This document shows, in pieces, positions 25,899 through 34,171 of a stretch of 62,240 nucleotides of DNA. Source of the DNA: a virus. The position numbers and the translations under genes are program-made. The first letter of the stretch is position 1; each line of letters starts with the position of its first letter. The stretch is taken from IMG/VR virus record IMGVR_UViG_3300045988_042951; one strand, given 5' to 3'. The notes under the pieces are model-generated. The model did not search any database, was not told where the DNA came from, and saw only the letters and a program-made list of their open reading frames with translations.

Positions 25899-25970
25899 TA
25901 AAATCTGTATACAAACTGTAAACAAAACGTAGCCTAGAGAAGATAAGATTAGAGAAGATAAGATTAATGA
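25899..25970 (+). repeat. dispersed ~75-nt repeat, copy A (upstream of terS)
   Basis: TAAAATCTGTATACAAACTGTAAACAAAACGTAGCCTAGAGAAGATAAGATTAGAGAAGATAAGATTAATGA. It matches 51699-51776. Confidence 0.8.
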
Positions 25971-26174
25971 GAACGCGTAAATAAATAATCAGTTTTTTTA
26001 AAAACGTATATAATTATATACTGTATATGTGATTAGTACCAAAGTACTATGCTCAAATACCCCAAAGTTATATTTTATATAGATTTTCGATATAGGCAAG
26101 GCTTATATCAAGTGCTATGATAATACCAGTGTGAGAGATAACCCGGAGATTATAACAGTGGAGGTGAATACATC

Positions 26175-26789
26175 ATGAGCGATAATAATATTATATATGA
26201 TACCCAAACAATTAGAACAGTAGACGATATGCGTATAGTCGCTAGCGATATAGTCACTGATTACTGTAATAGACATGGTATTAATGAGAATGATATATAC
26301 CCGTCTATATGGGCTGATATAATCGACGAATTATATATCAGTTTATTTAAACCATGTAATCGGTTATTAAAAACTGATGATAATTTATATAATCAGTATG
26401 ATAAAGAAAAAGTTGGATATGTATATAATTATATTTACAGGCGTTTATGTAACAGTCATTGCCAAGAGATAACACAGAAGGGTTTTTGTGATATGGCTGG
26501 AATCGATAAGCAGACGCTGTATAATTGGCTAAGCTCTTCGGCTTTCGACCTGCAGGAAAAAATCATGCAGGATAACGAGGAGAGTCTGTTTAACCTGATG
26601 AAAGACCGCCGATATAATCCGATGAAAATACTGCCGAAGCTGAACAAGGTGCACCACTGGAACATGCCGGGTGTCAAGGTTGAGAAGCCAGCCGAAGCGC
26701 TCGGAGCCGATGCCCTGATACAGCTTGGACAGCAGCCAAGACCGCTTGAGCTGTCAGATAATAGCTCAGTGATAGACAGTGATAATTGA
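26175..26789 (+). CDS. terS: putative terminase small subunit
   Basis: Central HTH-like GFCDMAGIDKQTLYNWL followed by ...LFNLMKDRRYNPMKILPKLNKVHHWN resembles Firmicutes phage TerS proteins. First gene after a long leader. Confidence 0.5.
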   Translation: MSDNNIIYDTQTIRTVDDMRIVASDIVTDYCNRHGINENDIYPSIWADIIDELYISLFKPCNRLLKTDDNLYNQYDKEKVGYVYNYIYRRLCNSHCQEITQKGFCDMAGIDKQTLYNWLSSSAFDLQEKIMQDNEESLFNLMKDRRYNPMKILPKLNKVHHWNMPGVKVEKPAEALGADALIQLGQQPRPLELSDNSSVIDSDN

Positions 26790-27160
26790 TGTTTTATCTC
26801 ATGCAGTTGTCACACAATCTAATACAATTCACAAATGCCCTATTTACAAGGGTTTGTGGTTCTGTAGCTCATTGTAAACTGTTCGCAAAAGTTAGGTTTA
26901 ACGAATAGTTAAGCAAAACAGAATGGAATAATAACGCTATTGCATGAATTGTTTGAGAATTGTGTATAAACAGACTGATGGCACGGGACCAGACCGGGTG
27001 GGGGTTATATGGTTGCTAGATACGCCCCCTCTAAGTGCCAAAAACTCCGACAAAAATAAAAAGCCATGGCATAGATAGGGTAGCTCCCAACAAGCTATAA
27101 GCCTTAATAGCTTCTATGCCATTCACAATAAGGCAAATATCAGAAAGGCAGGTATAAGCG

Positions 27161-27847
27161 ATGAATGAGTTGAAGATTTTTGGGAAAAAGGATTTTTGTA
27201 AGATAAAGGATTTTCAAAAAGAAAAGCCAAACTCGGTTGTAGGGATTATATATGTGATAGGATATAACAACAGTTTTTGCAAAATTGGTATGTCTTCGTT
27301 GCCGGCAGATAGAACATTGGCTTTACGTCATTATATTTCTGACTATATGCAGATGTCAGTTGACAAGATAGCTATAAGCAGCTGGCACACAAATTACAAG
27401 CAAAACGAAAAACTATTACATGAAAATTTTTCAAGTTGTCGTATACCGAATACTGAATTGTTTTCATGTGATATCCAAGAAGTTACTGAATTTATACAAA
27501 ATGATGGCATCAAGTTTGAAGATAATTCTGAAGAGATTTTGAAGAATATACAAAGAGGTAGCGATGCAGTTGTTGAATTTGGAAAAGCTATCATGCGGGG
27601 CGATTTTGAGCAGAAAAGCGAAAATACTTTTGATGAAAAATACAATAAAATGTTAAAAGAGTCAAATAAATTAACTGACGAAATCCTTTTTTCGGCGAGG
27701 TTTTTAGTTGATAGCTATAAAGAAGCATTAGAAACTCGCATGGAAAAAGAACTGAATGCACTTAAAGGGTATTTTGTTGATAAATGGATACAACACGGAC
27801 TAATAGATAAAGAAAGTGTTTTTGATTCACAGCAAAAAAATGACTGA
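27161..27847 (+). CDS. T5orf172/GIY-YIG-like domain protein with coiled-coil C-terminus
   Basis: GIIYVIGYNNSFCKIGMSS...R...H...NTELFSCD pattern at the N-terminus. Confidence 0.5.
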   Translation: MNELKIFGKKDFCKIKDFQKEKPNSVVGIIYVIGYNNSFCKIGMSSLPADRTLALRHYISDYMQMSVDKIAISSWHTNYKQNEKLLHENFSSCRIPNTELFSCDIQEVTEFIQNDGIKFEDNSEEILKNIQRGSDAVVEFGKAIMRGDFEQKSENTFDEKYNKMLKESNKLTDEILFSARFLVDSYKEALETRMEKELNALKGYFVDKWIQHGLIDKESVFDSQQKND

Positions 27848-27874
27848 AAAGCTTTTAATCGGAGGAGTAACAAA

Positions 27875-28249
27875 ATGACAGGCAAAGAATATCAGCAGTT
27901 GGCGATGAGAACCAACGATGGACTTAATAGATTGCGTTTAGAGGACGCAATCGCAAATCAGGGTGACATATCGGTATCACAGTTGCTTAACGGAGCATTA
28001 GGGCTTACTGGTGAAGCCGGAGAAGTCTCAGACCTCATAAAGAAAGGCATATTCCACGAAAAAGGCATAGACCTTGAACATCTCAAAAAGGAGCTGGGTG
28101 ATTGCGCATGGTACTTGGCAATGATATGTGACGCTTGCGGATTTACGCTTGATGATGTCATGCAGACAAACATTGATAAACTCAAGGCGCGTTATCCCGA
28201 GGGCTTTGACACATACAGAGCTAACAACAGGACGGAGGGTGATATATGA
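27875..28249 (+). CDS. MazG-like nucleotide pyrophosphohydrolase
   Basis: YQQLAMRT...GLTGEAGEVSDLIKK...ELGDCAWYLA...DKLKARYPEGF. Confidence 0.8.
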   Translation: MTGKEYQQLAMRTNDGLNRLRLEDAIANQGDISVSQLLNGALGLTGEAGEVSDLIKKGIFHEKGIDLEHLKKELGDCAWYLAMICDACGFTLDDVMQTNIDKLKARYPEGFDTYRANNRTEGDI

Positions 28250-28443
28250 TAACGGATTTGGTAGTATTTGGAATTTTATGTATGCTTGAAGCTCCTGTAT
28301 GGTGCTTCGTGGCAATCGGTATATCGGTTTTAATCAGGGTAATCAGCTTTGGTATGAACTTGGGTGCCAGACAATCAGAAAAAGCCTTAGATGAGGCAAT
28401 AAAGAGGTCATTAAATGAAATATCAAGGCAGAGAGATAAATGA
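28246..28443 (+). CDS. small membrane protein
   Basis: ATGA overlap with the upstream gene. Two hydrophobic segments. Confidence 0.5.
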   Translation: MITDLVVFGILCMLEAPVWCFVAIGISVLIRVISFGMNLGARQSEKALDEAIKRSLNEISRQRDK

Positions 28444-28591
28444 TGAGTGCTCATGTTGCGGTAACATATTTGAGTGTGTGCTATTCCTCAAAGGTCACGG
28501 CATAGGCACAGAGCGTGAGCATGTGGCGGATATGATTAAATGCCAATTTGAGCACAAAGAAAGGAATGATAAAAGCAATGGGGATAATTAA
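28415..28591 (+). CDS. small Cys/His-containing hypothetical protein (58 aa)
   Basis: ATG after AAGAGG. Sequence: MKYQGREINDECSCCGNIFECVLF... Confidence 0.4.
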   Translation: MKYQGREINDECSCCGNIFECVLFLKGHGIGTEREHVADMIKCQFEHKERNDKSNGDN

Positions 28592-28703
28592 ATTTCTCGG
28601 TCTGACAGTTCTGGGGATATTTATAATTGGCGTAATAATAGTACTCATAGTGAGTTTTGCCATAGCCATAAAGGCACTTATACAGATATTCAAAGACATG
28701 TAA
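28578..28703 (+). CDS. tiny membrane protein (41 aa)
   Basis: MGIIKFLGLTVLGIFIIGVIIVLIVSFAIAI. The minus-strand ORF 28481..28732 is its shadow. Confidence 0.4.
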   Translation: MGIIKFLGLTVLGIFIIGVIIVLIVSFAIAIKALIQIFKDM

Positions 28704-28706
28704 TTT

Positions 28707-28778
28707 TGGGCTATCGCCAAGCGGTAAGGCACAGCACTTTGACTGCTGTATTCGTGGGTTCGAATCCCACTAGCCCAG
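28707..28778 (+). tRNA. tRNA-Gln (anticodon UUG)
   Basis: Cloverleaf read by hand: acceptor TGGGCTA/TAGCCCA, anticodon stem CAGCA/TGCTG with loop CTTTGAC, T-arm GTGGG-TTCGAAT-CCCAC. Confidence 0.85.
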
Positions 28779-29015
28779 CTTGGTCATTTATGACCACTGT
28801 TTTACTCACATTGTCATGTGGTGTAAAACCTCCCTTACGACACCTATTAGCGGAATGCTGTTAAGAGCCGTCACAAGGCTCGATAGGTTTATGGGTTTTG
28901 TTGCTTTAGTTCCCCAGTGTTCCATAACACACTAAAAGAATAGCAACAGTGCGGACAACATAAGCCGGGAAGCTTGCGACACTGCTGGTTCTCGCTGTCG
29001 CCCAGTCTGCACTTA

Positions 29016-29089
29016 CGGGATATAGTTCAGCTTGGCAGAACGCTCCGCTTGGGACGGAGAGGTCGTAGGTTCAAATCCTGCTATTCCGA
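29016..29089 (+). tRNA. tRNA-Pro (anticodon UGG)
   Basis: Acceptor CGGGATA/TATTCCG, D-arm GTTC..GAAC, anticodon stem CTCCG/CGGAG with loop CTTGGGA, T-arm GTAGG-TTCAAAT-CCTGC. Confidence 0.85.
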
Positions 29090-29181
29090 CTGCCTCGAAT
29101 GAGGCACAAAGCAATACCCCTTTTGATTCAATTTTCATGTAGCCTTGCCACCGCTCGGCAAGTAAAACAAAGAGCGGACAT

Positions 29182-29253
29182 GGCGCATTAGTCAAGTGGT
29201 TAAGACACCGCCTTTTCACGGCGGAGACGTGAGTTCGATTCTCTCATGCGTCA
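29182..29253 (+). tRNA. tRNA-Glu (anticodon UUC)
   Basis: Acceptor GGCGCAT/ATGCGTC (one G-U pair), anticodon stem CCGCC/GGCGG with loop TTTTCAC, T-loop TTCGATT. The T-stem has one T-T mismatch. Confidence 0.75.
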
Positions 29254-29452
29254 CTTAGACGTAAATTGTCTGTTGGTGTGTAGCAAAATAGGTAAACGCA
29301 AGCAAAGAAGCTGATTGATAGCATGTTTGCCAAGTAATAAGCGGGGATTGTCCGTAATTAGCAACAAGCAGCTTTCAGAAATCAATCATGTGTGGTGCAA
29401 ATCCACACCGCATCAATCTTTTGGTATTGACACTGAATTACGGAGGACTGCA

Positions 29453-29671
29453 ATGGACTATTTTAGCATGTATAGAGATATATGGACATTCCACAAGAAA
29501 TACATCGACAAGATAAAGTTTGCCGATGATAAGATGTGGGCTGAAATAGTAGCAGAAAGTAGCGAACTCTGTAAAAGATATGATAACTGTGGGTTTATTT
29601 TGTCATTGGCAGTGAACGAGGTGAATGAGTTTGAGGAGATTAGCAAATCTGTACATTCGATACAAAACTAA
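29453..29671 (+). CDS. hypothetical protein
   Basis: ATG 29453 follows GGAGGA. The longer ORF-track start overlaps tRNA-flanking DNA. Confidence 0.5.
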   Translation: MDYFSMYRDIWTFHKKYIDKIKFADDKMWAEIVAESSELCKRYDNCGFILSLAVNEVNEFEEISKSVHSIQN

Positions 29672-29699
29672 AAATCTAAAGAGAATACCATTGTTTACG

Positions 29700-29864
29700 A
29701 TGACATTCAATTATCCAAAGTATAAGGCTGAGGGCAAGAAAGATAGCTGCATGTTTTACGCACACCCTTATATTGCGCAAGATGAATTTGTAACGAGCAA
29801 ATTACAGGAAGTTGTTGACCATATCAGGGATAACTATGATTTGGATATATTTACAAAGATTTGA
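29700..29864 (+). CDS. hypothetical protein
   Basis: Internal ATG chosen. Weak RBS. Confidence 0.35.
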   Translation: MTFNYPKYKAEGKKDSCMFYAHPYIAQDEFVTSKLQEVVDHIRDNYDLDIFTKI

Positions 29865-29872
29865 GGTGTAAT

Positions 29873-30097
29873 ATGAAAGATTGCTCAATTTGCAAATATT
29901 GTGATGAAGATTTTATCTTTGATGAGGAAACAGGAGAAGAATATCCGTTTTATGGTTGCCAAAAAGGGAATGATATATCACTTGACTATGAGTGCAAGGA
30001 TTTTGAGAAATACAAGCCTCGAAAATATAAAGAGAAAAATACCGAATGCGATATATGCGAATACAGAGAAAATGTGCAAAATATAGTTCTGGGATAG
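29873..30097 (+). CDS. small Cys-rich hypothetical protein
   Basis: ATG after TTGAGGTGTAAT. CSICKYC...GC...C...CDIC pattern. Confidence 0.5.
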   Translation: MKDCSICKYCDEDFIFDEETGEEYPFYGCQKGNDISLDYECKDFEKYKPRKYKEKNTECDICEYRENVQNIVLG

Positions 30098-30190
30098 ACT
30101 GTACAACTTGCGGAGATACAAAAACACATATTATCTATCCACAAGACAAATGTATTAAAAGGGCAAAAGAACTAGGGATTGAGGTGTAAT

Positions 30191-30409
30191 ATGTGTAAGT
30201 TTTGTAAAGGTAAACATAAAGCTATGATTGCTGATTTAAAAGTATATAAAGACAGAACTGTAACGGTTACTTCTACAATAGTAAACGGCAACACCTTAAA
30301 GTTTTTTGCAACTTTGCAAAGCGGACATTTTGTCGGGCTCATTCCGTTAGAAGCAGAAACAAAAATATCTTACTGCCCAATGTGCGGTAGAGAGTTGGTG
30401 AAAGAATGA
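30191..30409 (+). CDS. small zinc-ribbon hypothetical protein
   Basis: Same TTGAGGTGTAAT-ATG initiation context as 29873. CKFC...CPMCG pattern. Confidence 0.5.
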   Translation: MCKFCKGKHKAMIADLKVYKDRTVTVTSTIVNGNTLKFFATLQSGHFVGLIPLEAETKISYCPMCGRELVKE

Positions 30410-30555
30410 AACATCAAAAAGAATGGCGCACTTGCGACAGATGCGGAAAAGAAATAAAAGCAGGCTTGTTGTGTACGAATTCAATCACAAGAAACGGCAT
30501 TTTTAATATAACCTACGTTGGCATAAAATGGATGAAAATGGAAACACAATTCTGA
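30406..30555 (+). CDS. small hypothetical protein (49 aa)
   Basis: ATGA overlap with the upstream gene. CDRCGK motif. Confidence 0.4.
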   Translation: MKHQKEWRTCDRCGKEIKAGLLCTNSITRNGIFNITYVGIKWMKMETQF

Positions 30556-30615
30556 ATGAGAATAAAACCGGCATATTGACAGAGGGTATCAAAATAAATT
30601 GCTAGGAGTGGAAAT

Positions 30616-30846
30616 GTGAAAATATCAATACAGGAAATAGTACAAGAAGCGGCTGACAAGGCATTAGACGATGTCAAAATCAATAATATCCCTTTTCGTG
30701 AATGGATTGATAATGTAAATAATGCTTATGAAAATAAAAAGTGTAATTTAGCTTCATGCCGATACAATGCAGATGGCAAATGCACCAATGACGAGAAGAG
30801 AAAAGAATGTATTGAAGTTTCTGAAAAAGTGTTGTGTATAAAATGA
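30616..30846 (+). CDS. hypothetical protein
   Basis: GTG after AGGAGTGGAAAT. Confidence 0.45.
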   Translation: MKISIQEIVQEAADKALDDVKINNIPFREWIDNVNNAYENKKCNLASCRYNADGKCTNDEKRKECIEVSEKVLCIK

Positions 30847-30857
30847 AAGGAGATTTT

Positions 30858-31241
30858 ATGAAAAAGAAAATTTTAGTATTAGGAATGATAATCTGCATTG
30901 CACTTGGAATGGTTGGTTGTAGAACTGCAGATGTCGTAAACCACAATCTGTCAAAAGATGGAGATGAGTTCAATCTCTATCGAAAAATTACAGTTACAAA
31001 TGCAAGAACAGATACAATTATGTTGCAGGCAGAGGGATACATGAGCCTTAGCAATAACAGTAGTAATGAACTTGTAGTTACTATCAAAACAGGCGAGAAC
31101 ACATATTATAAAGATTATATATATCTTAACGATTGGACTTGTTATGTTATGGAGCAAACAGAACCGGTTGGAACAGATAAGTATCATTATGAATTAGTTT
31201 TTTACCCTGAAAGATTAATACCAGACATTGATATTAAATAA
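30858..31241 (+). CDS. putative lipoprotein
   Basis: MKKKILVLGMIICIALGMVGC is a signal peptide plus lipobox-like Cys. ATG follows AAAGGAG. Confidence 0.65.
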   Translation: MKKKILVLGMIICIALGMVGCRTADVVNHNLSKDGDEFNLYRKITVTNARTDTIMLQAEGYMSLSNNSSNELVVTIKTGENTYYKDYIYLNDWTCYVMEQTEPVGTDKYHYELVFYPERLIPDIDIK

Positions 31242-31332
31242 ATAATATATTACCGCCGCATAAGAGATTTGCGGTGCTACCCTAAAACAATTATAGGCAG
31301 AGGTCTATAAGCACCTTTGCTGTGAAAGCGAG

Positions 31333-34161
31333 GTGCTTTTTCTTTTGGCTAGTTCTGAATTGATAAAGCAATTTCAAAACAATAACAACTACATAGAGCG
31401 AAAAGGCATACATCAAATTGTTAAAAACAAAGAAACTGACACCGTCATTAAAGCCTATGTAGATTCTATCAAGTGGGGTATGTGTAATGACAAAGACATA
31501 CCTTTTTCACTGGAAATTTCAAAAAAAACCAAAAAGTTAATAGATGAACTTATCTGTGAATCAACTAACGGATGGCATATACCTGATTTAGAGGTATATT
31601 GCGGTGAAAATAATGCACAGTTTAAAACGCTTGATGATTTTTATGAGGTTTTAAGGCTTGAAGCTCCATATCTGGTTGACAGCTTTTTCTACTACATCGA
31701 AATTGACGAAAAAGACCCATTTAAGCGGTTCTATTTCCCTAGACGTAAGGTTTTACAGCCTGTTGTCGGAGCTTATCAAGAGGTTTATGACGGCAAATTA
31801 GATTTCCTGTCGGTATCGCAACCCAAGCGTACTGGTAAAATGCTACTAAATGATGAGTTAATAGCAACACCAAATGGATTTGTTAAGAACGGAAGTCTTA
31901 AAGTCGGTGATTACGTCATATCTGCAAGTGGAAAACCAACAAAAGTAATCGGTGTATACCCACATAAAAACAAGAGAATTTACGAAGTTATCATAAGTGA
32001 AAGTGGAAAATCTAAACAGGAAACAATTATAAGGTGTGGGGCAGACCATTTATGGGAAGTTAGCACCGAGGACAGCAGGTACAAGAGTAAGCCTAACAGA
32101 GTAATGAGTACAATAGAGCTTATGAATGGTGTGCTTAAACGTGGCGCAGACATGCATAACAATTATGCGATTGATTATGTCAAGCCTGTTGAATTTGAAA
32201 GCAGTGCAGTAAGTGTAGATCCTTGGTTGCTTGGAATATTGATAGGCGATGGCTCACTTTCGGGTGAAAATCTATGTGTATCAAATACGGAAAGGGACAT
32301 TCTGCAAAGAATAGCTGATACTGTAGCTCCGTATGGAACAAAGCTTGTAAGCAAGGGCAACAATAAGGATTATGCACTATCCTGTGGAGAGCTTAGGGCA
32401 AGATTAAGAGAGCTAAGCCTTACTGGCAAAAAAAGCGAGGAAAAGTTTATCCCGAAGAATTATCTGTTTAATTCTGTAGAAGTAAGGACTAAACTTTTGC
32501 AAGGACTATGTGATGCGGACGGTTTTACTGAAAGTGGAGGTGTCGAATACTGTACAACCTCTAAGCAACTGGCAGAGGACATTATATTTTTAGTAAAGTC
32601 CTTAGGCGGTAAAGCAAGCAGTAAGCTAAAACATACACATTATACGCGAAACGGAGCAAGGTATGTCGCTAATGATGCTTACAGAATATATATCAATTTT
32701 CCAAAGGGTGAAATTACACCTGTGTCGTCTGAAAAACACCTAAAAAAATACAATCCGCAAAGAACAAAACTGTATCACTTTATATCTGGCATAAGAGAAA
32801 CAAATGATTTTGCTGACATGACATGTATAGAAGTGGAGGACGAGAGCCATTTATATTGTGCGACAGAGAACTTTATTCTTACTCACAATACTACTGGTGG
32901 ACTAAGGCTGGCGCAGATGATGGGTGGCAGAGAGCCAGACGGAAGTATATTTGGTGTCGGCAAGGGCGAAGGACTTGTTAAGCGGTTTTACGGTGGCTTG
33001 TTACAAGGATTTGAGACAGAAAGCACATATAAGCGTTTCCTAAGTGTGTTTCCTGAGGCAGTAAAGATAGGCGATAAGGATTATAAGAGCGCCGAGAACC
33101 TATCTATTGACTTGAAAAGCAAAAACATATTTCCGACATTTACTTGCAGACCGATTGATGGAGCTATTGTCGGTTGCACAGAAGCAAATGTACTTGTTTA
33201 TATTGATGACTGCGTTAAGAACCATGAAGAAGCACGAAACAGAGACCGCTTAGAGTTCTTATGCGAGAAAGTCACAGATGACGTTTTAGGACGTAGGCTA
33301 GAGGGCACGCCTATTATTATACAAGGAACAAAATACAGCCTATATGACCCTATTACAGCGTTACAGAACAAAGCTGATGAGTTAGGGTGGCGATGGAGAG
33401 AAGTTGCAATTCCAGCCCTCGACCCTATCACAGATGAAAGCAACTGGGAGATTTACCGCAAAGATAAAAAAGGCTTGCGAAAAATATTCACAACTGATTA
33501 TTACCGTAAGGAACGTAAGCTTGTATCGGAAGAAACATGGGCAGCGGAGTTTCAGCAGGAGCCTTACGAAGCAAAAGGACGTATGTTTGCAGAAAGTGAG
33601 CTTAATTACTTTGAGGAACTTCCTGTTGACAGAGAGCCGGACGCTATTATGGCGGCTTGCGACAGCGCAGATAAAGGCGACGATAGCTGCTCAATGCCTG
33701 TTGGCTACGTTTACGGCAATGAGGTGTACATAGTTGATGTTGTGTTTGACAATGCCGGAACGCAGTTTACCAAGCCGGAATGCGCCAATATGCTTATTAA
33801 GCACAACGTAAAGACGGTTACATTCGAGAGCAACAGTGCCGGAGAATACTTCGGACGTGATGTAATGGAAATCGTAAAAGATAATGGTGGTAGATGCAGC
33901 GCAAGGTTTAAGTTTAATTGTACCAATAAGATAACACGAATGGAAAACGCAAGAGATAATATCATTCGTGATTATTATTTCCGCGATTTCAAGAAAATGG
34001 ACAGGCAAAGCCAATATTACAAATTCATGAAAGAACTTACTACGATGACACGAAGTGGAAAAGTTCCTCACGATGATGCACCAGACAGCATTGCATTATT
34101 CGAGAACGAAATGCGTAGCGGAGTGGTTAGAACAGCGTCCATTATATCAAGCCCTATATAG
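31333..34161 (+). CDS. terL: terminase large subunit interrupted by an intein (start codon uncertain)
   Basis: Deviant Walker A ...SQPKRTGK | intein | TTGG...; Walker B-like VLVYIDD; nuclease part ACDSADKGDDS...; C-terminal PHDDAPDSIALF. GTG 31333 lies inside a terminator-like hairpin (AAGCACCT..AGGTGCTT plus T-run), so the true start may be downstream. Confidence 0.85.
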   Translation: MLFLLASSELIKQFQNNNNYIERKGIHQIVKNKETDTVIKAYVDSIKWGMCNDKDIPFSLEISKKTKKLIDELICESTNGWHIPDLEVYCGENNAQFKTLDDFYEVLRLEAPYLVDSFFYYIEIDEKDPFKRFYFPRRKVLQPVVGAYQEVYDGKLDFLSVSQPKRTGKMLLNDELIATPNGFVKNGSLKVGDYVISASGKPTKVIGVYPHKNKRIYEVIISESGKSKQETIIRCGADHLWEVSTEDSRYKSKPNRVMSTIELMNGVLKRGADMHNNYAIDYVKPVEFESSAVSVDPWLLGILIGDGSLSGENLCVSNTERDILQRIADTVAPYGTKLVSKGNNKDYALSCGELRARLRELSLTGKKSEEKFIPKNYLFNSVEVRTKLLQGLCDADGFTESGGVEYCTTSKQLAEDIIFLVKSLGGKASSKLKHTHYTRNGARYVANDAYRIYINFPKGEITPVSSEKHLKKYNPQRTKLYHFISGIRETNDFADMTCIEVEDESHLYCATENFILTHNTTGGLRLAQMMGGREPDGSIFGVGKGEGLVKRFYGGLLQGFETESTYKRFLSVFPEAVKIGDKDYKSAENLSIDLKSKNIFPTFTCRPIDGAIVGCTEANVLVYIDDCVKNHEEARNRDRLEFLCEKVTDDVLGRRLEGTPIIIQGTKYSLYDPITALQNKADELGWRWREVAIPALDPITDESNWEIYRKDKKGLRKIFTTDYYRKERKLVSEETWAAEFQQEPYEAKGRMFAESELNYFEELPVDREPDAIMAACDSADKGDDSCSMPVGYVYGNEVYIVDVVFDNAGTQFTKPECANMLIKHNVKTVTFESNSAGEYFGRDVMEIVKDNGGRCSARFKFNCTNKITRMENARDNIIRDYYFRDFKKMDRQSQYYKFMKELTTMTRSGKVPHDDAPDSIALFENEMRSGVVRTASIISSPI
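31840..32889 (+). mobile_element. intein (350 aa) with LAGLIDADG homing-endonuclease domain; class-3-type motifs
   Basis: Hint block A MLLNDELIATPNG. Block B IIRCGADHLWEV. LAGLIDADG motifs LLGILIGDGSLS and LLQGLCDADGFT. Block F DMTCIEVEDESHLYCA. Block G NFILTHN followed by the +1 Thr. Confidence 0.8.
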
Positions 34162-34171
34162 GAGGTGACTT

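Noticed and set aside
25941-25970. AGAGAAGATAAGATT x2 and nearby GATAAGAT reiterations as a CRISPR-like array.
   Set aside because: The units are 15 nt with no spacers, there are only two copies and there are no cas genes. It is part of the dispersed regulatory repeat.
28481-28732. 83-aa minus-strand ORF before tRNA-Gln.
   Set aside because: It is the hydrophobic mirror image of two plus-strand small ORFs (28415..28591 and 28578..28703). Those have RBSs and operon-style overlaps. The minus-strand ORF also runs into the tRNA.
29013-29219. 68-aa minus-strand ORF across the tRNA cluster.
   Set aside because: It overlaps tRNA-Pro and tRNA-Glu almost completely. It is an artefact of the GC-rich tRNA sequence.
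28707-29253. Suppressor tRNAs or an alternative genetic code, as in some gut phages.
   Set aside because: The anticodons read as UUG, UGG and UUC, which are ordinary sense tRNAs. Long genes (tape measure, terL, tail-tip) are uninterrupted under the standard code.
31333-31480. Fixing the terL start codon.
   Set aside because: GTG 31333 lies in the 3' arm of a terminator-like hairpin. The in-frame TTGs (31345, 31360) and ATG 31480 have poor RBSs. The start is therefore left uncertain rather than asserted.
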